From Patescibacteria group bacterium (GTDB lineage: Bacteria > Patescibacteriota > Patescibacteriia > SG8-24 > DYFX01): a stretch of DNA of 64,000 nucleotides. The first letter of the stretch is position 1, and every line of letters starts with the position of its first letter. The stretch is taken from assembly GCA_041659045.1 (NCBI GenBank), contig JBAZZB010000001.1:198111-262110 (forward strand), read 5' to 3'. Shown here in pieces: positions 19,813 through 30,006 of the stretch. A program made the position numbers and the translations under genes. The notes under the pieces were generated by a model. That model ran no database searches, was not told the origin of the DNA, and worked only from the letters and a program-made list of their open reading frames with translations.

Positions 19813-19892
19813 ACTTCGGCATTATCGGCGCGAAAGGCGGTTTCGTCAATCAGATCTAGGCAAAAACCGTTTTTTTTGGCAGGATAGGGTTG
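19813..19892. promoter_or_regulatory. Divergent, apparently leaderless promoters
   Basis: Minus strand TTGACG-N17-GATAAT-N8-ATG(19812); plus strand TAGGCA-N17-CAGGAT-N7-ATG(19893). Confidence 0.55.
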
Positions 19893-22241
19893 ATGAATAT
19901 CGCCTACGTCGCCAACGTCCGCCTGCCGACTGAGAAGGCGCACGGGCTGCAGATCATGTCTATGTGCCGCGCGTTCGCGAGGAACGGCCACAAGGTGCGG
20001 CTCGTCGTTCCGAAGCGTAAGAACATCCACGATGAATCACCGTGGGCGTTTTACGGTTTCCGTGAGGAGTTCGAAATCGTGCACGTGCCGATCTATGATT
20101 TTATTTCGCATGATCGTGTGCTTGGTCGCGTCGCGTTATGGCTCAACACGCTGCAATTCCTGATTGCTGCGCGCCGCACTGTCCGACGTTTCAAACCGGA
20201 CGTCGTGTATGCCCGCGAAGCGTGGTATGGGAGCTTGGCACCGGAAGTGCCGCATGTTTTTGAAGCGCACGACTTTACCTCGCGCGTGACGCCGTTGCAT
20301 CGCCGTTGGTGGAAGCGCGTTGCGCGTATTGTGACCGTTACGAACGGTCTCAAGAAAGTTTTTGCGGCACAGGGCGTGCCGGAGGAAAAAATGACCGTTG
20401 CTCATGATGGCGTCGACGAAGCGACGTTCGCCGTGCGTGATACAAAAGCGGAAGCGCGCGCTATCCTCGGATTGCCGAGCGAGAGTTTTCTTGCGATCTA
20501 TACCGGACATTTGTACGACTATAAAGGTGCAGACGATTTGTTAGAGGCTGCGGTCTCTGTACCGCAGCACGTCAAAATTCTCTTTGTTGGCGGACGCCCA
20601 AACGACCTCGCGCGTCTGAAAGCGCGAGCAGCCGAACTTCGAACGACGAACGTGCTCTTCGCGGGGCAGGTGCCGCACGCCAAGATCCCGACGTATCTTC
20701 GCGCCGCCGATGTCGCCGTGCTGCCGACGCGCGGAACCGACCGTCACGCGTCGGAGTTTTTGTCGCCGCTCAAATTGTTTGAATATCTGGCGGCCGGCAA
20801 GGCTTTGGTTGCGACCGATCTTCCGTCGGTGCGTGAAGTATTGTCAGGCACGACTGCACTTTTTGTGCCCCCGTCTGACCCCGCGGCCTTGGCAAAAGCT
20901 TTGAGCACGCTCGCAGAGTCACCAGCGCGCGTAGCTTCTTTGGAGCAGGAGAGTTTGCGGCTCGCTGCCACGCATACCTGGACGCGTCGCGCGGAGAGTG
21001 TGCTCGCAGGCCTGAAAGCTTCCAGAGAGGCGCAGCCTTGGTACGCGCGATATCGCGTCGAGTTGCTCTGTGCCGTGCTGGCTTTCGCTCTTCGGTCGCT
21101 GTACGTCGCATACGTCCCCCAACTCAATATTGAAGGCGGCGACGGTACGATTTACCTCAGTCTGTCCGATTACGTGCGCGGCCTTGTCGAGACCGTTCCG
21201 AAAAATGACCTCCGCTTTTTCCCTGTCGGGTATCCGTATTTCTTGGCGGCGATCCGTGGCATTTTTGGCAACGATCTTCTCTGGATCCGTCTTGCGCAGT
21301 CTCTGCTTTCAGCTGCGACTGTCTTCGTTGGCGCACTTGCCGCGCGTCATTGGCTCGGCCGTAAAACCGGACTCCTTGCGGGAGTCCTGCTCGCCACCTA
21401 TTCACCGCTTGTTCTTGAAAGCGGCATTATCTACACCGAGACGCTCTACACATTCCTGCTGACGAGCGCAGTTGTTGTCGCTGTTCTGGCTGTGCAACAC
21501 GAGCGCCTGCGCTACGCCTGTCTTGCTGGTTTTGGTTTTATGTTGGCGGGCCTTACGCGCGAGCTCGGTTTTTATCAAGCGTTGTTGTTTGGTGGCTGGG
21601 CGCTTCTTTCACGGCGTTCGTGGAAGCTCGCGGCGCTGCTCGTGATCCCTACACTTCTCGCGTTTGGTGGGTTGTCTTTGCGAAATACGGCTATTGCCGA
21701 AAAGCACGCGCTGCGCGAGCAGCCGCTCGTTTCGAAAAACTACGAGCAAGCGCTTTTTGAGCCGACGCTCCTCGAGTTCTTGTTCTCGCCGTCACGCTGG
21801 CATTTCTACGTCGAAGGCACGTATCTGTATTGGCGCTTTCCACATCGTTTGGGCGACGTTGGAGCAGGGGAGCCGGTCGAGGATAAAACGAATCCTGATG
21901 GCGATGTCGTGTACCACCTGAATCCCAAGGCTGGATATTTCATGGCGGTGCAACCCATGCGCCAGGTGATCGTCAAATGGCTCTTGGTGCTCACGCACTG
22001 GTTTGTCCTGTTTCTTGCCGCCTATGGTTTCTGGCGTGGGAAGTTCTCGCGAGAAGTGAAAATTGGTTTCGCGCTCGCGATCCTCTTCGCTTTCGGCACG
22101 ATCATGCTCGGCGGCATGCATCGTTTGCAAGCCTTCGAGGGGTTCGAACCGCTCGCGCGCTATCGATTCCCAACCGAGCCGCTTATTCTTCTTCTCGCTG
22201 TCGCCGGCGCACAGGCGCTCGAGCTTCGCCGCAAGCGCTGA
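19893..22241 (+). CDS. Fusion of an N-terminal GT4 glycosyltransferase and a C-terminal ArnT/PMT-like (GT-C) membrane glycosyltransferase
   Basis: PTEKAHGLQI...SPLKLFEYLAAG (GT4), then a multi-TM domain with GDGTIY, PVGYPYFLA, YTETLY, ARYRFP. Confidence 0.85.
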   Translation: MNIAYVANVRLPTEKAHGLQIMSMCRAFARNGHKVRLVVPKRKNIHDESPWAFYGFREEFEIVHVPIYDFISHDRVLGRVALWLNTLQFLIAARRTVRRFKPDVVYAREAWYGSLAPEVPHVFEAHDFTSRVTPLHRRWWKRVARIVTVTNGLKKVFAAQGVPEEKMTVAHDGVDEATFAVRDTKAEARAILGLPSESFLAIYTGHLYDYKGADDLLEAAVSVPQHVKILFVGGRPNDLARLKARAAELRTTNVLFAGQVPHAKIPTYLRAADVAVLPTRGTDRHASEFLSPLKLFEYLAAGKALVATDLPSVREVLSGTTALFVPPSDPAALAKALSTLAESPARVASLEQESLRLAATHTWTRRAESVLAGLKASREAQPWYARYRVELLCAVLAFALRSLYVAYVPQLNIEGGDGTIYLSLSDYVRGLVETVPKNDLRFFPVGYPYFLAAIRGIFGNDLLWIRLAQSLLSAATVFVGALAARHWLGRKTGLLAGVLLATYSPLVLESGIIYTETLYTFLLTSAVVVAVLAVQHERLRYACLAGFGFMLAGLTRELGFYQALLFGGWALLSRRSWKLAALLVIPTLLAFGGLSLRNTAIAEKHALREQPLVSKNYEQALFEPTLLEFLFSPSRWHFYVEGTYLYWRFPHRLGDVGAGEPVEDKTNPDGDVVYHLNPKAGYFMAVQPMRQVIVKWLLVLTHWFVLFLAAYGFWRGKFSREVKIGFALAILFAFGTIMLGGMHRLQAFEGFEPLARYRFPTEPLILLLAVAGAQALELRRKR

Positions 22242-22242
22242 T

Positions 22243-23052
22243 ATGGATTCTTCAGAGATCAAAGGTTTCTACGAAACGTACGGCGATCGCATTGTCGAGA
22301 AGCGTCTCAATTCGCCGTACCCGCTCCGGAGGTACGCGCACCGCATGGGCTACGAAACAATTGCAAAGTTCGTGCAACCAGGCGAAACGGTTCTCGATGC
22401 CGGTTGCGGTGAAGGCGTGCTCTCGTGGTACTTGGCTGAGCGCGGCGCGAAGGTGACGGCAATGGATATTTCCAAACCCAACGTCGAGAACGCACGAAAA
22501 TTTTTGGAAAAGAAGGGTGTGCAGGATCGCGTGACGGTTTTGCTTGGAGACGCCGAGAACTTGCCGTTTCCGGACGCGAGCTTTGATTGGGTGATTTCTT
22601 CGCATGTCCTCGAGCACCTTCCTGATTTCGACAAAGGTCTTTCAGAGATTCGTCGCGTCACGAAGAAGAAGGCGATCGTCGCGCTTCCGACCTGTCTGAA
22701 CCTGTCAGGCGCATCTCAACTTGGTGGTGCGGATTTCTGGAAACCATCACTGCGCATGTTCAAGGCGCTGCCGCTCGGTCTGCTGCGTATCCTTGCGAAT
22801 CTCGGACGTGAAGGTGTTCAAGAAGGGTATGCCGGCATCGGCGATCTCCCACATATCTGGAGATATCCGTGGGTCATGCGACGCCGCTTGGAGCGCGGCG
22901 GTTTTCGCGTGGTACGTTTCGAGGCCGGTACGCTTGTGACGCCCTATTTCAACTTCCTTCTGCCGCTCGTGAAGATGCTCGATAAAGGAAAACACCTGCC
23001 GATCCTGCGCGATTTTGGTTACGGCTCGGTCGCGGTACTTGAAAAACGCTGA
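22243..23052 (+). CDS. Class I SAM-dependent methyltransferase
   Basis: VLDAGCGEG, GDAENLPFPDASFD, SHVLEHL; ATG at 22243. Confidence 0.9.
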   Translation: MDSSEIKGFYETYGDRIVEKRLNSPYPLRRYAHRMGYETIAKFVQPGETVLDAGCGEGVLSWYLAERGAKVTAMDISKPNVENARKFLEKKGVQDRVTVLLGDAENLPFPDASFDWVISSHVLEHLPDFDKGLSEIRRVTKKKAIVALPTCLNLSGASQLGGADFWKPSLRMFKALPLGLLRILANLGREGVQEGYAGIGDLPHIWRYPWVMRRRLERGGFRVVRFEAGTLVTPYFNFLLPLVKMLDKGKHLPILRDFGYGSVAVLEKR

Positions 23053-23059
23053 TACACGT

Positions 23060-23998
23060 ATGCCTCAACTTGATTCGAAGATGTCTTCACCGGATTTCGT
23101 ACGCGCCGTGAACTTGGCGTATCACGAAGAAGAAGCCGCGAACTACGACAGCCGACACCCAGAGATTTTTACGGACGAACTTGGTCACTGGAGCCGCATC
23201 GCCGAAAGGATCGGGGCGCTCAAGTCAGAGCTCAAGCGACCAATCAAGGTTGTTGATCTTGGAAGCGGTACGGGATTTGTGCCGCTGCGTTTGAAATCCG
23301 TGCTCGATCAGCAGGATGAAATCGTCCTGACGGATTTGAGTCCGACCATGCTTGATCGCGCGCGAGAGTCCTTGGCGGCCGCGGGCTTTGCGCCGCGCGT
23401 GTCGTATCTCGTGTCGGGAGCGGAATCACTCGAACTCGCGCCGGAATCCGTGGATGTCGTGACGATGAATTCGTTCATCCATCATATTCCGGAGACGAAT
23501 CGCATTTTTGCGAGCGTTCGTCGGATGCTGCGCCCGGGCGGCATTGTCGTCGTCGCGCACGAGCCGAATCTTCTTCACTTTAAGCATCCTGTCATCGGTG
23601 GACTCGACCGGCTCATTCGCCTTTTGCGGAAAGCACGGTCGAAGAAAAAGAGCGGTGCTCCTTCGGCAAGTCCGTTCATCGATCGCGTGAACGCTCGGTT
23701 GCTAGAAAACGGCACAATCGAAAATTCGCTTTCAACGGAAAAAATTGAATCGATCGTGGACATTCATTCTCCGACGGCGGGGCGGTCTGTCGACGCCGCG
23801 CGCGGTTTTGATCCGCGAGAGATCGCGAGACAGCGCTTCTCTGGGTACGCGGTGCTGGATTTGCAGACCTACCGACACTTCGGAAAACTGGATGTCGCCA
23901 AACGCCCGCGTCTTGCTCAAGCACAGCATCTGCTTGAAAAACTTTGGCCGCTTGCTGGCGCCATGTTCTTGCTCATCGTACAAAAACCGCGGGCCTGA
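23060..23998 (+). CDS. Class I SAM-dependent methyltransferase
   Basis: VVDLGSGTG, NSFIHHIP, LRPGG, HEPN. Confidence 0.88.
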   Translation: MPQLDSKMSSPDFVRAVNLAYHEEEAANYDSRHPEIFTDELGHWSRIAERIGALKSELKRPIKVVDLGSGTGFVPLRLKSVLDQQDEIVLTDLSPTMLDRARESLAAAGFAPRVSYLVSGAESLELAPESVDVVTMNSFIHHIPETNRIFASVRRMLRPGGIVVVAHEPNLLHFKHPVIGGLDRLIRLLRKARSKKKSGAPSASPFIDRVNARLLENGTIENSLSTEKIESIVDIHSPTAGRSVDAARGFDPREIARQRFSGYAVLDLQTYRHFGKLDVAKRPRLAQAQHLLEKLWPLAGAMFLLIVQKPRA

Positions 23999-24007
23999 GG
24001 CTGCGTC

Positions 24008-25324
24008 TCAACGCCCTTTTCGTTTCAAGACGCTGTAGATCGTTTTCAGTACGATCGCGACGTCGAGCGCGAGTGAGCGATGCTTCAAATAGTAGAGATC
24101 GTGGCGAAGTTTCATGAGGTGATCATCATGCGTGGCGGCGTACGGGGCTGAAACCTGGGCCCAACCGGTCAGCCCGGGGCGCACAAGATGTCGTACAGGA
24201 AAAAGTGGAATTGTTTTCGCCAGCTCGTCTTCAATTTCCGGGCGCTCCGGACGCGGTCCGACAAAACTCATTTCGCCGCGCAGAATGTTCCATATCTGGG
24301 GAAGTTCATCGAGGCGAGTGGCGCGCAAGAATCGTCCAAGGCGCGTGACGCGTGGGTCGTGTTCTTGTGCGAAAGCGGCACCATTTTTTTCGGCGTCGAT
24401 GCGCATCGTGCGAAACTTCACGATCGAGAAGGGTCTGCCGCCTTTTCCAACGCGCGTTTGGCGGTACAGAATCGGTCCGCGATCCTCGATCCAGATCGCG
24501 GCGGCAATCACGGGGGAGAGAAGAAGCGTCGGCACGGCGAAAAGAACGCCGCACAGAATGTCGCCGAGATGCTTGACGTGCTCGTAGATCGAGTCGTCTT
24601 GATTGGCGAGATTGTCGATGATCCATCGTTCATCAAGCGCGGACTCTGGTACCGAATGGCGGATTTTTTCGTAAAAGTTGGGAAGATCGACGATGGTGAT
24701 CGCTTGGAAAAATTTCCGATACAAACGCGCCGTTAAGTCGGTGCGGCCTTGCATCGTCCGAGCCACAACGATCACGTCACTGGCAGGGAGCGTGCTTCCC
24801 GTCATCTCTGGCACGATGCCGACGGACGTGTAACCCAGGTGCGGGTTGCTTTGGAGAATATGATTGAGCGTTCGCGACTCCTCATCATCGCCGAGGAACA
24901 GCACGCGCAAGTGGAAGCGCGCCTGCGAGAAGAGGTGCATGGTGAACATTCTCCAGCTCAAAAAGAGAATGGCAAAGACGCCGAGCACGATGACAAGATT
25001 TGTTTTTGGTGTGATGCCGACGCCCGGCGTGAAGTAGAAGACGGCCATCGAAACGAGAAAGGCGGCAACAAGCGCTTCTGCCGCGCGGCCGAGTAATTCG
25101 ATACGGCTGCGCAGGGCGTCAAAGTCGTACAGGCCGACGATATAGAAAATCGCGAGCCACAACAGGAAGACGATCGTGAAGGGTTGCACGTGATTCGGCC
25201 ACTCTAGGGTGAGCGCGGTGCTCCCGTAGCGCAACGAGAGGGTCAGAAGTAATGCCGAAAAGGCTGCAAGCAAGTCGCCTGCAGCAAGGAGCGTCAATTT
25301 AAATCGGCGTGGATCGCCGTTCAT
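24008..25324 (-). CDS. Priming polyprenyl-phosphate sugar phosphotransferase (WcaJ/WbaP family)
   Basis: N-terminal TMs; KFRTM, DPRVTRLGRFLRATRLDELPQ, GEMSFVGPRPE, RPGLTGWAQV, DLYY. Confidence 0.94.
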   Translation of the reverse strand: MNGDPRRFKLTLLAAGDLLAAFSALLLTLSLRYGSTALTLEWPNHVQPFTIVFLLWLAIFYIVGLYDFDALRSRIELLGRAAEALVAAFLVSMAVFYFTPGVGITPKTNLVIVLGVFAILFLSWRMFTMHLFSQARFHLRVLFLGDDEESRTLNHILQSNPHLGYTSVGIVPEMTGSTLPASDVIVVARTMQGRTDLTARLYRKFFQAITIVDLPNFYEKIRHSVPESALDERWIIDNLANQDDSIYEHVKHLGDILCGVLFAVPTLLLSPVIAAAIWIEDRGPILYRQTRVGKGGRPFSIVKFRTMRIDAEKNGAAFAQEHDPRVTRLGRFLRATRLDELPQIWNILRGEMSFVGPRPERPEIEDELAKTIPLFPVRHLVRPGLTGWAQVSAPYAATHDDHLMKLRHDLYYLKHRSLALDVAIVLKTIYSVLKRKGR

Positions 25325-25396
25325 AGCGACTCTAGGATAGCCTTTTCAGGCTTGAAAAGCAAGGTTGTAGGGAGTACGCTTTCGGAGATACCGCGC

Positions 25397-26476
25397 ATGA
25401 AAGTCGCATTTCTCACAACGACGCTGGAAGAAACGATCGGCTGGGGTCGTTACGCCGCCGGTTTTTTGGCGGAAGCGCGTCGCCGCAATGGCAGAGAAAA
25501 CGTTGTCGCGCCTAATCCAGCGCGCTTGCGTTCATCGGAGATTCGTTGGAAGCAGCCGTTTCTCGCACTCCTCGACGCCCTTGTCCTGCAAGAGGAAGTG
25601 AAAAGCTGTGACGTTATTCATGCGGCGACGGAGCCTGTGGCACCGCTCGCGATGATGTTGTCGTTTTGGACGGGGAAACCCTACGTCCTCTCGGCGCACG
25701 GCACGTATTCGGACGCCATGACGTATCCTTGGTACTTGCGCTGGCTGTACACGCTTTCTTTCCGCAGGGCCTCGCGGATTCTCGCGGTGAGTCGGTACAC
25801 GGCTGAGGTTGTCTCGCGTACCTTTAAGGCTCAGGCTGTCGAAATCGTTCATGGTGGTTTTTCGATCGTCCCACGAAGTCTTGAGAAGAGAGCTCTCAGC
25901 GCTGATCACCGCGTGTTGTCCGTGGGCGCCATCAAGTCGCGTAAAGGTTTTCATACGTTGGTTGAAGCTTTCGGTCTCCTGAAGCGAAAAGATTTTACGT
26001 TCAAAGCCGAGTGCGTGGGTCCGAAAGATTCTTCGTCCTATGTTGAGCGTCTTGAAAAACGCGTGCGTGAACTCGGGCTTGAAGAGCGGGTCGTGTTCCA
26101 TGGGCGTGTGTCTGAAGAAGCGCTGCAACGCTTCTATGCTGATACCGACCTTTTCGTACTGCCTTCTGAACACAGCGGCACCGCTTTCGAAGGACTCGGT
26201 CTCGTGTACCTCGAAGCGATGGCGCAAGGCGTACCCGTCATTGGTTGCCTTGATTCGGGCGCGGAGGACGTCGTGCGCGACGGAGTGAATGGCAGGCTGG
26301 TTACGCCTGGTGATGCCGAGGCTCTGGCCGCCGCGATCAAAGAAATTTTTGATGATCCTGTCGCCTGGGAAAAAATGGCAACGGCCGCTCCTGAAAGCAT
26401 CGAACGCTTTCGTTGGGAGAATGTGGGTGCCGACATGGACGCTGCTTACAAAACCGTCGTGAATGAGCGCTCATGA
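25397..26476 (+). CDS. Glycosyltransferase family 4
   Basis: VGAIKSRKG, FEGLGLVYLEAMAQG. Confidence 0.9.
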   Translation: MKVAFLTTTLEETIGWGRYAAGFLAEARRRNGRENVVAPNPARLRSSEIRWKQPFLALLDALVLQEEVKSCDVIHAATEPVAPLAMMLSFWTGKPYVLSAHGTYSDAMTYPWYLRWLYTLSFRRASRILAVSRYTAEVVSRTFKAQAVEIVHGGFSIVPRSLEKRALSADHRVLSVGAIKSRKGFHTLVEAFGLLKRKDFTFKAECVGPKDSSSYVERLEKRVRELGLEERVVFHGRVSEEALQRFYADTDLFVLPSEHSGTAFEGLGLVYLEAMAQGVPVIGCLDSGAEDVVRDGVNGRLVTPGDAEALAAAIKEIFDDPVAWEKMATAAPESIERFRWENVGADMDAAYKTVVNERS

Positions 26477-27555
26477 AACGTGTGCTTTGGTTTGGATTTT
26501 ACGATCATTCTTTTCCGCGCACGCGCGTATTGATTGCCGAGTTGCGCAAGCGTGGAATCGCGGTCGATGAATGCCGTGTTGATCCGAAACGCTCACGCCG
26601 GAAATTTTCCGAGATTCTCGCGCTTAGCAAATCATATCGCGGCGTGTCCTATGACGCGGTTGTCGTGGGGTACCCGGGCGCGAACGTCGTTTGGCTCGCG
26701 AAACTCCTGTTCCGTGCGCCGGTGGTATATGACGCTGGCTTCTCCGTGTATCAGTCGGAGGTTGAGGAGCGCAAAACATGTAAGCCGCATAGCCTACGTG
26801 CAGCGCTCTTGTATGCAATGGAGTGGGTGACAATCCGTTTGGCGGACGCGGTCGTACTCGACACGCGGGCGCACGTGCGGTATTTCTGCGACCTGTTTCG
26901 CGTGTCCGAGAAAAAATTTCTTCTTGTACCGGTTGGAGCCGACGCCGAACTATTCACGCCGTCCTCGGAAGCGTCTCCTTCCGACGGTGTTTTCACGGTG
27001 CTGTTTTACGGATCGTTTATTCCGTTACATGGCGTTGATACCATTTTGGATGCGGCAACGCGGCTTCTTCCGCGCAAAGATGTTCGTTTTCGTTTGATTG
27101 GCAACGGTCAAACCGCCGAACGCATGCGACGCTTGGCTGATGAGCGCGCGTTGACCAACGTTGTGTTCGTCGGTAGTCTTCCACAGACATCCAAGGATAG
27201 CGCGAGCGTGCTCGGAGAAATTCGGAAAGCGGACGTGCTCCTGGGAATTTTCGGCAGCGGACGCAAGGCGCAGATGCAGGTTCCTCTCAAAGTGTTTGAA
27301 GCCATAGCCTGCGGCAAACCGGTCATCACGGCTGATACGCCCGCCGTGCGCGAGCTCTTGTTGCCTGGCCAAGACGTATGTACCGTGCCGGCGTCTGATG
27401 GAGCGGCACTGGCTGCAGCGATCTTGCGTCTAAAGGAAGACGCGGCGTTACGCGTTTCGCTTGCGGCGCATGGTCGCGCGACGTTTGAAAAACGGTTCCA
27501 GCCGGAACACCTTTGCGACAGCTTTCTTTCTGAAATGACACGTCATTTATTCTGA
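26473..27555 (+). CDS. Glycosyltransferase family 4
   Basis: YGSFIPLHG, LGIFG..KA..VPLKVFEAIACGKP. Confidence 0.88.
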   Translation: MKRVLWFGFYDHSFPRTRVLIAELRKRGIAVDECRVDPKRSRRKFSEILALSKSYRGVSYDAVVVGYPGANVVWLAKLLFRAPVVYDAGFSVYQSEVEERKTCKPHSLRAALLYAMEWVTIRLADAVVLDTRAHVRYFCDLFRVSEKKFLLVPVGADAELFTPSSEASPSDGVFTVLFYGSFIPLHGVDTILDAATRLLPRKDVRFRLIGNGQTAERMRRLADERALTNVVFVGSLPQTSKDSASVLGEIRKADVLLGIFGSGRKAQMQVPLKVFEAIACGKPVITADTPAVRELLLPGQDVCTVPASDGAALAAAILRLKEDAALRVSLAAHGRATFEKRFQPEHLCDSFLSEMTRHLF

Positions 27556-27556
27556 T

Positions 27557-29071
27557 ATGTGCAGCATCGCTGGCTTGGTCGGAGTGACCGGCATCGAAAA
27601 AATGATCAAGGTGCAGGCGCATCGCGCGCCGGACGAAAGCGGTGTCTTTAAAGACGGACCGCTTGAACTTGGCATGGGGCGTTTGAAAATTCTCGATCTC
27701 ACCTCGGGCGGTCTCGCGCCGTATGAGGAGGATCATTTTGTCATTGTCTACAACGGTGAAATTTACAACTACGTCGAGTTGCGTAAGGAATTGAAAAGAC
27801 TCGGTTGGATTTTCCGCACGACCGGCGACACGGAGGTGTTGCTCAAGGCTTGGCGCGAGTGGGGGATGAACATGTTTGATCGCTTGAACGGCATGTTCGC
27901 CTTCGCGATTTACGACAAGCGTCGCAAGAAGCTGGTCTTGGCGCGAGATATTGCTGGTGAAAAACCTTTGTATTTTTATCGCAAAGGCCGAGCGTTCGGA
28001 TTCGCTTCCGAGGCCAAGGCACTTCACAAGGTGCTGCCGCTCAAGGAACGCGATGACGAGCATTTTCACGTATTTCAGCACATTCATCACAAGACGCTCT
28101 GGGAGCATGTCGAGGTGCTGCCACCTGCGCACGTTGCCGTTTTCGATATCGCGACGCGCGAGCTGCGCGTCAAACCGTATTGGACGTTCAAGCCACGCGA
28201 AATCAAATTAAAAACCGCTCCCGAGGAACTTGAAGCGCTGCTTGAACATGCGGTAAAAATCCGCACGCGCAGCGATGTTCCTTATGGTTTGTATTATTCG
28301 AAAGGCATCGATTCGTCCTTGATCGCTAGTTTGTATCCTTTCAAACACAAATTCTATTTCGACGACACGAAGGATTGGAAGCAAGATTTTTACGCCAAGA
28401 TCGACAAGATCGCCTGGCACCTCGATTTCCCGGTCGGCTCGCTGTCGTCGTATCCGCTCTGGAAACTCGCCGAGCGCGCCACGAAAAAAGTGCGCGTCGT
28501 GCTTTCGGGCGAAGGCGCGGATGAAATTTTCGGCGGCTACATTCGCTACATGCCGCTCGCGCGCGAATGGGAGATGCGTCAGCGCTATCCTTCGTACACC
28601 TACCTCTTCAATAAATATTACCCGGCCTACCTCGACGGCTTCGCACGCATCACGGCGCGTAAAGATTCGCTCGAGTTGGTGCGCGAGACGATTCGTCCGT
28701 ATTTCGAAATGTTCGAGGACCCGGTCAACGCCATGGGTTTTGCCGATTTCAAATTGGTGATGCCGAGCCTGCTCCAGATGGGTGACCGCATGGCCTCGGC
28801 GCACAGTCTCGAGAACCGCTGCCCGTTCCTCGACCGACGCGTCATCGAATTTGGTTTCAGTCTGCCTTCGGAATTGAAAATCGCCGGTCTTGATCAGAAA
28901 GTCGTTTTGCGAAAAATTCTCGCGAAGCGCGGCTTGTGGGTACCGCTTCGTAACGAGAAGAAGGGTCTGACGATCAAATTCAATACCTGGTTCGGCAAGA
29001 AGGATTGGGATCGCGGCGCCTATTTCAATCTCTTGATCGAACGCTGGCGCAAGGCATTTAGCCGAGGTTGA
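27557..29071 (+). CDS. asnB: Asparagine synthetase (glutamine-hydrolysing) family amidotransferase, probably glycan uronate amidation
   Basis: N-terminal Cys (MCSIAG), HRAPD, NGEIYNY, GDTEV, GMFAF, RDIAGEKPLY, SGEGADEIFGGY, ENRCPFLD. Confidence 0.9.
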   Translation: MCSIAGLVGVTGIEKMIKVQAHRAPDESGVFKDGPLELGMGRLKILDLTSGGLAPYEEDHFVIVYNGEIYNYVELRKELKRLGWIFRTTGDTEVLLKAWREWGMNMFDRLNGMFAFAIYDKRRKKLVLARDIAGEKPLYFYRKGRAFGFASEAKALHKVLPLKERDDEHFHVFQHIHHKTLWEHVEVLPPAHVAVFDIATRELRVKPYWTFKPREIKLKTAPEELEALLEHAVKIRTRSDVPYGLYYSKGIDSSLIASLYPFKHKFYFDDTKDWKQDFYAKIDKIAWHLDFPVGSLSSYPLWKLAERATKKVRVVLSGEGADEIFGGYIRYMPLAREWEMRQRYPSYTYLFNKYYPAYLDGFARITARKDSLELVRETIRPYFEMFEDPVNAMGFADFKLVMPSLLQMGDRMASAHSLENRCPFLDRRVIEFGFSLPSELKIAGLDQKVVLRKILAKRGLWVPLRNEKKGLTIKFNTWFGKKDWDRGAYFNLLIERWRKAFSRG

Positions 29072-29111
29072 CACCGGACGTTTTTTCGGAGAGGATCGGC
29101 GCGGAGGAATC

Positions 29112-29975
29112 ATGACCGCACCTGACAAGCAGTACACGTTCAACGCTTTCGACGAGAAGTGGAGATGCGCCCGCACATGGGCGACGGCAACTGAAGCCGA
29201 CTATCGCCAGTGGTACCTGACGCGCTACGGCTACGGCACGCTCGAAGGGCTCGCCACGTTCTTGGCCGGCAAGCGTCGGATCCTCGAAGCCGGTTGCGGC
29301 CAAGCGCGCGACAGTAAGATGTTCGCGGAGCTGAACTCGACGGCGGTGATCATCGCGATGGATCAGAGCGTGAATGCGCTCGAAGTCGCGATGGAAAACT
29401 TGAGCGAGTTCCCGAACTGCGCGATCATGCGCGACGACATCACGTCGTTCGCGTTGCCCGAACCGTTCGACTTCATCTCCTGCGACCAGGTGATGCACCA
29501 CACGCCGGATCCGGCCGCGACACTTCGGCATCTCTACAGCCATCTGGCCGTCGGCGGTACCTTGAACTTCTTCGTCTGCCGCAAGAAAGGTCCGGCGCGC
29601 GATCTCGTCGATGACCTGATCATGGAGTGGGCCAAGACGGCCACCTTCGATCAACTCTGGGCTTTCGCACAAGAGGTCACCAGGTTCGGAAAGGCGCTGC
29701 ACGGACTCGGCATCACGAACGTCACGTTCAAGGGCGTGGTCTATCCCGATCTGCAGCGCTTGGTGCACAACCTGCTCTTTCGTTGCTGGTACAACCCGAA
29801 CATCGACTTCGATCTCTCGATCTCGTCGAACTTCGACTGGTTCTCCGGGAATCCGCGTTTCGACGCGGAGGAAGTGCGTGGCATGATCATGACCTTGCCC
29901 GAAGGGTCGTTCGAGGTCACGCGCTTCTACGAGGACGACCCGTCCATCTCTGTTTCGCTGACCCGCCTCCGTTGA
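29112..29975 (+). CDS. Class I SAM-dependent methyltransferase
   Basis: ILEAGCGQAR, FDFISCDQVMHHTPDP; SD GGAGG; promoter TTGACA-N17-GAGGAT. Confidence 0.88.
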   Translation: MTAPDKQYTFNAFDEKWRCARTWATATEADYRQWYLTRYGYGTLEGLATFLAGKRRILEAGCGQARDSKMFAELNSTAVIIAMDQSVNALEVAMENLSEFPNCAIMRDDITSFALPEPFDFISCDQVMHHTPDPAATLRHLYSHLAVGGTLNFFVCRKKGPARDLVDDLIMEWAKTATFDQLWAFAQEVTRFGKALHGLGITNVTFKGVVYPDLQRLVHNLLFRCWYNPNIDFDLSISSNFDWFSGNPRFDAEEVRGMIMTLPEGSFEVTRFYEDDPSISVSLTRLR

Positions 29976-30006
29976 CAGGGGTGGGTCTTTTTGTTACGTT
30001 CGCGCC
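29972..30006 (+). promoter_or_regulatory. Apparently leaderless sigma70 promoter
   Basis: TTGACA(29972)-N17-TACGTT-N6-ATG(30007); the -35 box contains the TGA stop of the upstream gene. Confidence 0.65.
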
